NCBI RefSeq assembly: GCF_022045235.1
Contig: NW_027266302.1
Span: forward strand, 186,001 to 250,000
From: Haliotis cracherodii
Taxonomy: Eukaryota
DNA: 64,000 nt
Direction: 5' to 3'
Shown: positions 53,672 to 64,000 of the stretch, in pieces
Layout of the letters: the number at the start of each line of letters is the position of its first letter
Numbering within the stretch: the first letter of the stretch is position 1
Notes under the pieces: generated by a model
Seen by the model: the letters and a program-made list of their open reading frames with translations, nothing else
Databases searched by the model: none
What the model was told of the DNA's origin: nothing
Position numbers and translations under genes: made by a program

Positions 53672-54052
53672 NNNNNNNNNNNNNNNNNNNNNNNNNNNNN
53701 NNNNNNNNNNNNNNNNNNNNNNNNNNNNNNNNNNNNNNNNNNNNNNNNNNNNNNNNNNNNNNNNNNNNNNNNNNNNNNNNNNNNNNNNNNNNNNNNNNNN
53801 NNNNNNNNNNNNNNNNNNNNNNNNNNNNNNNNNNNNNNNNNNNNNNNNNNNNNNNNNNNNNNNNNNNNNNNNNNNNNNNNNNNNNNNNNNNNNNNNNNNN
53901 NNNNNNNNNNNNNNNNNNNNNNNNNNNNNNNNNNNNNNNNNNNNNNNNNNNNNNNNNNNNNNNNNNNNNNNNNNNNNNNNNNNNNNNNNNNNNNNNNNNN
54001 NNNNNNNNNNNNNNNNNNNNNNNNNNNNNNNNNNNNNNNNNNNNNNNNNNNN
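53672..54052. other. Assembly gap (381 N)
   Basis: Run of n. Confidence 1.
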
Positions 54053-55365
54053 CCTCACCACCATCATCCAGGATTTACCCATGTCTATGTATTTTTTAGT
54101 TTTGTTGACCCACAGTAATAATTTTCGGGAGTTCAAGGCATGAAAACTGGGGTGCCAGAGTTACTGAGGTAATAACAACAATTAAACTAAAAGGTATTTG
54201 TGAAGCATTACTCTAATAATAGTTGGAGATTTCATTGGTTTAAATTGCTTGAAATGAAACTCAGTGATGTAACTGGATGAAGAAAATCAGACAGTCAGTG
54301 TGAAGTATGTCAGTGTTAGTGTTCTCTTATTAGAATAGAATAGTAAATATCTATTAATGATTCAAACAGCCATACCTTGTTTGCATCCATGGGACTTGCA
54401 ATACTAATTATTGGTGTATATTCTCAATATGTATACATAATATGCACCACAGTGAACTGTTCCTGATTTAACATGATATGTATGTTTCAGACATAAATAT
54501 TTCATTTTCAGATGTATTATGTAAAAGCTTTTGGTATTTTGTACAATCCCAGTTACAAATATACATTAATAGGATGTGAAGAGTTCGAAATGGAGGAACT
54601 TCAGGCCTCCTGTACAGAGGTCTTCCACACATGTTTGAGGTGCTTCTACACCCAAAAACACAACTATTAATTTAAGGTATTTAAGCAAAAACAACTATTT
54701 AATAAGCTATTTTTTCAGACTACATGAACATGGCAGGTAGCCAACAATTCTACCATTAAATCTGCAGAGCTTTGATGTCCAATATGAACACTATGTCACA
54801 TTTCATCATCTCAAGAAATACCTCTTCACCAATTTCCTGTTGTTAATGACTTGAAAGAGAGAAACTACTCGGGCAAATCCCACCAGAAATACCTGAAGAG
54901 CTCTTTATTGCCTTCCGATGTGTGGCCATTCATTAAGTGACACTGTATACTTTCCCCCCATCCACTGAATGGCTGCAGCCAATGGGACAGCACATAACAC
55001 CATGCAAGGTGTTCACGCCTCAAATAACTACAATAGTTCATGAATGGAATGGAGATTTACAACTTGTCAGGAATCTGGCCTTTGACTTTCAGTGTGAAAC
55101 TCTATGGGTCAATGAAAGGTATACGATGAGACCTATGGCTAAATATAACCATGATGAAAGGAGCTGCCTTGTAAAACACAGATCATCTACATGACTGGAG
55201 CAATTGGCTGACAAGAGGGGTGGGACGTTGTATATGCTTGTTACCTTGGGACGTTGTGTAGGATTTCTCACCTCACATACTTCCGAGGAAATCAGGATTG
55301 AAATATTGCTGGCAATGTGGAATTCAATTCACTCTTATGGTCATAAAATCAGTCATCAATATTCA

Positions 55366-55487
55366 GGTTGGAAATGGTATTTTGATAACATATTTAAAGG
55401 TTGGAAATGGTATTTTGATAACATATTTAAAGGATGGAAATGGCATTTTGATAACATATTTAAAGGTTGGAAATGGTATTTTGATCA
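55366..55487. repeat. Tandem repeat, 33-bp unit, ~3.7 copies
   Basis: aggttggaaatggtattttgataacatatttaa. Confidence 0.9.
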
Positions 55488-55928
55488 AATGTTTTGAGGT
55501 AATAAATATGAACACATGATAACACATCTACCTATAAGGCTGCATCGATAGCTTTATCAGGGCACATCGCCATGAATGTATTACATGTTTGAATAATGAA
55601 ATACAAATGATAGGATATTCTTGAATGGACAATGTCTTTCAGAAAGTGGTCCAATGTAACATGTTAGTGAATTCTTGAATACAGTTTAAAGCAATGTAAT
55701 GGATTCAAATGACAAAAGAAGAAACAGTTTTTCCACTTTGATCGAGATCAAACATTCTATATGGGGACTTATTTGAGATCAACAACCTTTGCATTCAGCC
55801 ATACATGTTTACTGAGAAACATATGGCTTCATGCAGAGTTAAAATTCTTATCAAGCAAGTGCTTCCTGTGGATCTGACTTCACACCATACGTTTAGTGTT
55901 TCAAGATATATTGTATTCCAAATATATA

Positions 55929-56049
55929 CTACTCAAAAGAAGTTAAAGAACACCTGATTGTTTATATAACTATAGTTAATCTGTCATGACATGAAAGATT
56001 AATTATAGTCACATGTAAAAATCAGGCGTCCTTTACTTCTTTAGAGCAG
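55929..56049. mobile_element. Tc1/mariner-type MITE (~120 bp)
   Basis: Imperfect ~30-bp TIRs ctactcaaaagaagttaaagaacacctgatt and aatcaggcgtcctttacttctttagagcag, flanked by TA. A related left half is at ~8459-8520. Confidence 0.7.
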
Positions 56050-56175
56050 TATATATTAAGGGAATGCAACCAGTATGTTTCATGACTAGTTCACCTGGAA
56101 GAGCAAGGAATGCAACAGAAGCTTTATTAGGCATCCATTATAATGAAAGGAATACTTTTTCAACATGGTGAGAGG

Positions 56176-56724
56176 CAGGGGTGAAACGATACAGCAAGGT
56201 CACGATACGATACATATAATGTCTCATAGGTCACGATACGATACATATAATGTCTAATAGGTCACGATACGATACATATAATGTCTCATAGGTCATGATA
56301 CATATAATGTCTCATAGGTCACGATACGATACATATAATGTCTCATAGGTCACGATGCGATACATATAATGTCTTATAGGTCACGATACGATATGCATCA
56401 CAACACACATTTACGTCAAATCGCATGGAAACTTCTTGACAATAAATATTTCAGAGCAAGTTCAAAAGGAAAAGCTAGCTGTAGACACACGTTCATAGCA
56501 GCTATTTTCAGCAGTGAAACACTAATTACCAAACATTTTGCAATATCTGACTGGCAATTTTTTAAGTGGTCATGTGAGGAGTCATTAAACGAGTAGTAAG
56601 TAGATTACTTAGCATGTGTATCGTCTTGTATCGATACAGATAAAAACGTATATCTTGTATCGTATTGTCACATGACAACATGTCCCATGATGCACCAGGG
56701 CACCGACATATCGTTTCACCCCTA
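56176..56724. mobile_element. hAT-type MITE with internal 31-bp tandem array
   Basis: TIR (C/T)AGGGGTGAAACGATA, 8-bp TSD gtga(g/a)agg at 56168-56175 and 56725-56732. CGATAC/GTATCG subterminal motifs; 31-bp repeats at 56197-56395. Confidence 0.85.
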
Positions 56725-56833
56725 GTGAAAGGCAGTAAAATGATATGAATCCCCAACATAGAACTATAAAAAAGCTTACACCTGACGCTATTGTGATTTT
56801 GAGATACTGAATGTGGATATGTTATTTCATTTC

Positions 56834-57082
56834 TAGAATAGGTCTTCAGCAACCCAGGCTTGCCGTAAAAGGTAACTATCCTTGTCTTAAAAGGCGACTA
56901 ACGGGATCGGGTGGTCAGGCTCACTGACTTGGTTGATGCATTTCATCGATCCCAATTGCGTTGATCGATGCTCATGATATTAATCACTGGATTGTCTGGT
57001 CCAGACTCGATTATTTACAGACTGCCGTCATATAGGTGGAATATTGCTGAGTGCGGCGTAAAACAACAATTCAACCAACCAA
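56834..57082 (+). mobile_element. SINE-like family B
   Basis: Near full-length, sense orientation. Confidence 0.88.
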
Positions 57083-57143
57083 GCATCATTTTCTGCATGA
57101 ACTTCCTGATAACTAATGAATGGTTTAATACTTCTATCATTAT

Positions 57144-57424
57144 GTGAGTGAGTGAGTGAGTGAGTGAGTGAGTGAGTGAGTGAGTGAGTGACTGGTTTAA
57201 CAGCACATTGAATAGTATTTCAGTAACATCATGGCATCATGCAGGTCCTAGAGGTTTTAAACTTCGGTGAAACCCACGAGAACGGGTATGGTGCTGACAA
57301 ACCTAGAAACATACTCAGGCGAATTAGGATTCAAACTCATGATGATTTGATTCTGACATGCTAAAGTAAAGAAACTATGCACAATGAACTGCAGCTCAGT
57401 AGATGAATGGGCCACCAGTGCTCC
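57144..57424 (-). mobile_element. Family D, diverged, with expanded (GAGT)n tail
   Basis: cttcggtgaaacccacgagaacgggtatggtgctgacaaacct...gggccaccagtg. Confidence 0.75.
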
Positions 57425-57634
57425 TGAATCCATGTATGCTTCATTCTACCACTCAACACTGTAGGCACTATCAAATGTCAGGTAGTGTTTGGAATCTCTC
57501 TACCCAACAGCACTGTATGACAGAGGCTATCACACCCTACCATCATTAAGCTGCAGTAAGATGGTTCAGTAGTAAGTGTGTCGGCCTGACCTGTCAAAGT
57601 TCTATGAAATCCATATCATCATACCAAATCCTAT

Positions 57635-57781
57635 CGGTTGGGTAGCCTAGTGGTTAAAGCGTTCGGGTTCGGGTTCGATTCCCGACATGGGTACAATGTG
57701 TGAAGCCCATTTCTGGTGTCTCCCGCCATGATATTGCTGGAATAATGCTAAAAGCGGCGTAAAACCACTCACTCACTCACT
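57635..57781 (+). mobile_element. Family A SINE with small deletion in the head
   Basis: Head and tail intact, anticodon region deleted. Short TSD tccta. Confidence 0.88.
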
Positions 57782-58634
57782 CCTAGTGTCCCTATCTCAG
57801 CCATCGAAACTCACGCTAGTCCACTAACCCAAGCCTACTAAACTGTGGTGAGGACAAACAAAAATCAAATAATGGTAGTCCTCAATGACTTGTAGCATTT
57901 GAGGGCTTTAGTGCTGAACCAGTTCTCAATTCTTCAGTTTTGCTGCAAATTGGAACTGAATAAAACTGACAAAAAGTGGAAACATATTTAAGCATTTTTG
58001 TCTTGTTCAAGCAGGACTAGCTACAAACTCGGTGGACTCGTGGAATAAGTTTTACACTTGTCCTCTAAACTAGTCTTAAAAAGGATGAATGTCTAAGGCT
58101 GTATCTGTGTGGGATCTCCTTATTAGAGTGGATGTGAAACTCCTAATGAACAGAGAACTGTAGCATTAGAAATAAGGTTGCTGGTTGTCTTGGGACTGGC
58201 TCGTCTCTGACTTTCCTCTTGACTGGGCTTCCTGGTGGTCCGGCACCAACATGGCTCCAGAGGCAGGCTAATTTGACAGGCATCAATTGGCCATTTCCTT
58301 CAGAATCACTCACTGTCTCCGTGAAGGTGATACAGGAACATTAACCTCACAGTCCCAGCCCTACACAGAAGCCTGAGCTGCTTGTATCACTATTAGTGCT
58401 GATGTGTCCATATTGCCATAGCTGTGGGACAGGTGTGTAACAGTGGATGGCCTTGTAGCTGGAGGCACAGTGGTATACACACATAAACGTTACTACAATG
58501 TGTGTGAGATCTGGTAGCTACTATGATGAAAGGATGCATATTTTGCCAATGCTGTTTTGTTCCATCAGTTAGTACGATAACCTTTGAGTTCTGAGACTTC
58601 ATGATCCTCCACCTCATGAAGAAGAGACCATATT

Positions 58635-58835
58635 TATCACAGAGTACATAGATCTCCCTGTCACAGAATACAGAGACCATACTCTTACAGAATACAGAGG
58701 TCTCACTCTCACAGAGTACTGAGATCTCCCTGTCACAGAATACAGAGACCATACTCTTACAGAATACAGAGGTCTCACTCTCACAGAGTACTGAGATCTC
58801 ACTGTCACAGACTAAAGAGATCTCACTCTCACAGT
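58635..58835. repeat. 24-bp subunit repeat arranged as a 72-bp higher-order unit
   Basis: tcacagagtac..agatctccctg / tcacagaatacagagaccatactc / ttacagaatacagaggtctcactc, repeated. Confidence 0.85.
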
Positions 58836-59887
58836 CTAAAGAAATATCACCCTCGCTGACAATCTATCACACACCAAACATACAAAACTAGTACAGAAAT
58901 ATGTTGGTAAATTCTTCTACACAATCTTCAAACGTTTTGTTGAAGGAACAACTGTCTGATCACACAAAATGACAGATGACATACATCTCCTGTCTGGTTT
59001 GGTGGAAATGTGTTTCAGAAGCTACTTCCAATCATTTCTTTGTCAAATTCTTGAAACCATACATGGATTTCTGCACTGAAAATCATTCTTCAAATATGAC
59101 AGAACATGAACAGTATTACATTAAATCCTGCAAGCTACAAGATGCGGGAAATAGCAGGATCTCGCTATTAAGGTATCAAAACTGCCTCTGTGATAACGCA
59201 GTGACAATCTGACCTCAACACTTTCATCACACAGCCTTCAAATTTCATCTATCCCTAGTCAATGCATTTTCTGTTCTAAAAATGGCTCTTCCACAAAAAA
59301 ATACAGCTCAAAGAAGTTCATCCTTGGTATCTTGAAACATATTTTTAGCACACAGTTGGCATTCTTTGCCACCAGTATCTTGCTTGCTAACTGTTGTAAT
59401 TTCCTGGTATGAAAAGCCTGAATTTGTAACATGTCAGACTGTTATCACATTGTTGTATTACCACGCTTTTAAGACGAGACCCTGTCCCAGAGAAAGTGTG
59501 TTTATACCACAGTTTACTTTACACTCACGCCTACTGTCTGAAGCAAAAACACAGATAGTTCATCAAGTAAAAGTTTACACATTTTTAAGAAAGTGTTTCT
59601 CAATGAAACACTGATTACGCTGACTCATCTTATTTCAATGACATGATTATAATATGATTCAGACATAGTTTTGAAGAGTTATCAGTTGAATTGGTTATCT
59701 TCTTTAAATCACTGACTCAGAAATATAAAGAATCTCAAAGAGATCCAGTGTTTTATCTCAGGGATTAGTCATTGAGGGAGGTATGTACCAACAGTCACTA
59801 ATGATGGAAAATACAAAATATATAAAACGTAAACCCCAAGAATAATTGTCTTGATTATCCGACGAAACATATTCCATTGGGCATAAG

Positions 59888-59960
59888 TCAGTGATGACAC
59901 CAGGTGTTCGCAAAAAGGGTACGCATGTCCTGCCCTTCCGGAAGCACCGCCACTCACACA
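59888..59960 (-). repeat. Dispersed structured repeat motif (copy 3)
   Basis: Sense: GGTGCTTCCGGAAGGGCAGGACATGCGTACCCTTTTTGCGAACACCTGGTGTCATC. Confidence 0.6.
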
Positions 59961-60864
59961 ATTTGCACAAAAACGAAGTGTTTCTTTTTAAGGAAAAGCA
60001 TGAAGGCATCCAAACCATGTCAGACAACTAACACATTATCACTTTAACTACCCAATTTCCCTTAAAACAATGCAGTTTGTTTCTTCCATTAAAGCCACTC
60101 TCAGCAACATTTTTCTCTTTCTCGGCAGTCTGTTTACTGATTTTTTGATAAAAGAATAAATGTGACACAGAACAGTCTAGAAAGAAAGTCTTCATTAGGA
60201 ATCAGGTAACCCACATGCGTAGACTTGTTTTTCCGAATGGTCAACTTGATTTAGCAGGATTAGTGCCAGCAAAGTTAACCTGCGTTCCAATCAGCCGTCC
60301 TACATCAAACAGCCTGCTGTGATTTCGTTCACAGTGAAAGGAGATAGATACAGGGCACATTGAAGCCTGCCAATATCCTGCCCTCTCTCACATTTACGTC
60401 TCACCAAGATCAGGAGAAACCATTAAACAAATCTGACGCTAAGAGTCCGCCACAAACATGGCTTAATTACGTTTATCTATTTTATCAGCAACTGACCATG
60501 CCACACTGATGAGCACTGCTCCCTTACTTACTCTCAGACCAAAGTGTCAAGCTGAAACCTGAAGGGATACTTTGTCCCTTTATTGGATGCCTGGGATAGA
60601 CAGATATGGAGCTATTGTTTACCACTTGTGTTAATTTGATAGCACAAATACTTCCAGGACACAAGTATTCAACATGGAAGGCCTGTTTGGAGATCTACTA
60701 ATTAAAACCATCAAGGCCTTTGGGGTATATACATCCATATCCTCGTCACAACAAAACATCCAAATTAGTGGACGTGATAAGTAACAGTGATGACATCTGT
60801 TGTTTATGAAATAAAAATGTCCTGTAACACTCCGTCATCAAAGTGTTGGCCATAGAAACTGTCT

Positions 60865-62582
60865 GTTATAACAAATAGGTAAAGTACAGTCATGATGCCC
60901 TAGTTGCCAGTGTTATGACAAAGGGACACAGTAAAGTACAGTCATAATTCCCCAGTTGCTGGTGATATGACAAAGGGACACAGTAAAGTAAAGTCATAAT
61001 TCCCCAGTTGCTGGTGTTATGACAAAGGGACACAGTAAAGTAAAGTCATAATTCCCCAGTTGCTGGTGTTATGACAAAGGGTACAATCATAATGCTCCAG
61101 TTGCTGGTGTTATGACAAGGGACACAGTAAAGTACAGTCATAATTCCCCAGTTGCTGGTGATATGACAAAGGGACACAGTAAAGTAAAGTCATAATTCCC
61201 CAGTTGCTGGTGATATGACAAAGGGACACAGTAAAGTAAAGTCATAATTCCCCAGTTGCTGGTGTTATGACAAAGGGTACAATCATAATGCTCCAGTTGC
61301 TGGTGTTATGACAAGGGACACAGTAAAGTACAGTCATAATGCTCCAATTGCCAGTGTTATGACAAAGGGACACAGTAAAGTACAGTCATAATTCCCCAGT
61401 TGCCAGAGTTATGACAAAGGGACACAGTAAAGTACAGTCATAATGCTCTAGTTGCTGGTGTTATGACGAAGGGACACAGTAAAGTAAAGTCATAATGCTC
61501 CAGTTGCTGGTGTTATGACAAAGAGACACAGTAAAGTCATAATATTCCAGTTGCTGGTGTTATGACAAAGTGACACAGTAAATTACAATCATAATGCTCC
61601 AGTTGCTGGTGTTATGGCATAGGGACACAGTAAATTACAATCATAATGCTCCAATTGCCTGTGTAATGACAAAAGGAAACAGTAAAGTCATAATTCCCCA
61701 GTTGCCAGAGTTATGACAAAGGGACACAGTAAAGTACAGTCATAATGCTCTAGTTGCTGGTGTTATGACGAAGGGACACAGTAAAGTAAAGTCATAATGC
61801 TCCAGTTGCTGGTGTTATGACAAAGAGACACAGTAAAGTCATAATATTCCAGTTGCTGGTGTTATGACAAAGTGACACAGTAAATTACAATCATAATGCT
61901 CCAGTTGCTGGTGTTATGGCATAGGGACACAGTAAATTACAATCATAATGCTCCAATTGCCTGTGTAATGACAAAAGGAAACAGTAAAGTCATAATTCCC
62001 CAGTTGCCAGAGTTATGACAAAGGGACACAGTAAAGTACAGTCATAATGCTCTAGTTGCTGGTGTTATGACGAAGGGACACAGTAAAGTAAAGTCATAAT
62101 GCTCCAGTTGCTGGTGTTATGACAAAGAGACACAGTAAAGTCATAATATTCCAGTTGCTGGTGTTATGACAAAGTGACACAGTAAATTACAATCATAATG
62201 CTCCAGTTGCTGGTGTTATGGCATAGGGACACAGTAAATTACAATCATAATGCTCCAATTGCCAGTGTAATGACAAAAGGAAACAGTAAAGTCATAATTC
62301 CCCAGTTGCCAGAGTTATGACAAAGGGACACAGTAAAGTACAGTCATAATGCTCTAGTTGCTGGTGTTATGACGAAGGGACACAGTAAAGTAAAGTCATA
62401 ATGCTCCAGTTGCTGGTGTTATGACAAAGAGACACAGTAAAGTACAGTCATAATGATCCAGTTGCTGGTGTTATGACAAAGAGACACAGTAAAGTAAAGT
62501 CATAATGCTCCAGTTGCTGGTGTTATGACAAAGAGACACAGTAAAGTACAGTCCTAATGCTCTAGTTGCTGGTGTTATGACA
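60865..62582. repeat. Minisatellite, 52-bp unit, with 302-bp higher-order repeat
   Basis: Diagnostic variant gctctagttg...gacgaag recurs at ~61445, 61747, 62049 and 62351. Confidence 0.95.
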
Positions 62583-62930
62583 GTGTGTCAATAAACTCCC
62601 AGCCTACACAACAACCCCTCACTATTGCTAAACAAATATTTACACAACCAGGTGCAGATGGCAGTGTCTTCTCAAATGCCTTGTGTTTTCTATGAATACT
62701 TTACATTGATTTTATTGGAAGGACTTTTTAATGTACACAATGTATGAATTGTGTGGTGGAATCTTGCAACACTTTATGTGCGACTTCATACTTGAATGAA
62801 CTAAAAACAATAACATCTACACATTTTATTATGAGTAAGGAAGATACACATGTGAACAAAAGAAAGACGTCCCCATCACTTTTGTTGTTTTCATAACAGA
62901 AATACTCAGAAAAGCTTTTAAGAATAGTCG

Positions 62931-63045
62931 GTGAGGTGAGGAGACATGGGGTTGAACATTGTGTTCAAGATTATTTCACTTTCACAGTGATGTGCATGAT
63001 GCATCTGACTAGTGGTACAAGTCCGGTTCTATAGTGCTAGCTAGC
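62931..63045 (-). mobile_element. Family C 3' fragment, degenerate
   Basis: gtgaggtgag...caagattatt...gatgtgcatg...tatagtgctagct. Confidence 0.6.
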
Positions 63046-63686
63046 CCTCCGGTCCTTGTGAAATCACAAGATCCCACTTTCGACTGGTTATTGTTTTTGT
63101 TCCAAGACAGTGGGACTCCAACAGTGAGAAGAGAAAGCACTTTTCAGTGAAGTTCATACAGCTGTATATGACAGTGAATATCACCAATCCCTTCAGCTCA
63201 ACAAGTCATGTTTGTGTCATTACACCCTTTGAAGGGCAAGCGTCCAAACAGTTTTACTGTCATTCATGTCTAGCATGGCCGATGCTCTCCATACCCAGCC
63301 ATAATTACTGCCTCCTGACACAAGGTATTCGCCTTACAAGCCACATACCCCCTGTCCATGAAACAGTGTTACTCTGCCTAGTAACCATTCATCAAAGTAA
63401 GCAACTGATTACTGCCATCATCATGCCTCTCCACACTTCAGTACAACTCATGAATAGCGGCTTCCATTGTTCCTACAACACAGTCTACATTCCAGACAAT
63501 ACCGACCATAGCTTGGAATAATTAGGAAATGCAAGGAACGAGTAGCCTTCGAGTGGGCACATACCCCTGCCCCATGCTCAGCCTTCCATCACTACAGCAA
63601 AATTACCACAGATAATAAATGATGGACCAAAATATTCAGATATAAACTCCCGGTTCTCTTTTCTTGAGACCAGCTTGTTAGCTATG

Positions 63687-64000
63687 TACAGTAAACTACG
63701 GTTATAACGAACTCAAAGGGACCACTGATTTGAGTTTGATATAAACATAGTTCATTATAAGCATATTGCATGTATAAACAGGTTGGTTCGGTGGTCACGC
63801 TCGCTGACTTGGTTTGATGCATGTCATCGATCCCAATTGCGTGGATAGATGCTCATGAAATTAATCAAGGGATTGTCTGGTCCAGACTCGATTATTTTCA
63901 GACCGCCGTCATATAGCTGGAATATTGCTGAGTGCGGCGTTGAACAACAAACCAACCAACCAAGCAAGCGTATGGCCGGGACCAAAAAATATGTTCGTTG
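63687..64000. mobile_element. pogo/Tigger-like MITE left end, interrupted by a family B SINE and running off the window
   Basis: TA-CAGTAAACTACGGTTATAACGAACTC start; gggacc...gttcgtt subterminal motif repeated after the SINE. Confidence 0.5.
63782..63967 (+). mobile_element. SINE-like family B, 5'-truncated
   Basis: Matches 56908-57082; (AACC)n tail. Confidence 0.88.

Noticed and set aside
53630-54143. ORFs spanning the N run
   Set aside because: Artefact of the assembly gap.

Overview
This is animal (eukaryotic) DNA: AT-rich, repeat-rich, with no long protein-coding ORF. The listed ORFs are chance ORFs or read-throughs of tandem repeats. The SINE content (Meta/RUDI-like domain, shared mollusc-type 3' tails) and a Helentron-like HINE suggest a marine mollusc, possibly a gastropod such as abalone (inference). 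The window looks like the interior of one very large intron or intergenic stretch. It holds four dispersed SINE-like families (about 30 copies, several nested, many with clear TSDs), hAT- and Tc1/pogo-type MITEs, a HINE, about 12 minisatellite arrays (two with higher-order structure) and a 381-N gap. A few candidate phase-1 micro-exons or alternative last exons lie on the minus strand; the host gene was not identified. Two small insertions stand out and share a Penelope-like architecture (tandem or permuted copy, inverted terminal copy, 11-12 bp TSD, similar CACT(T)TCTAAATG tail). One carries four minimal hammerhead-ribozyme motifs (32245-32630). The other carries a circularly permuted tRNA-headed Pol III unit (51534-51949) and is a candidate Penelope-mobilised SINE. 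Coordinates of degenerate copies are approximate and no database searches were run.
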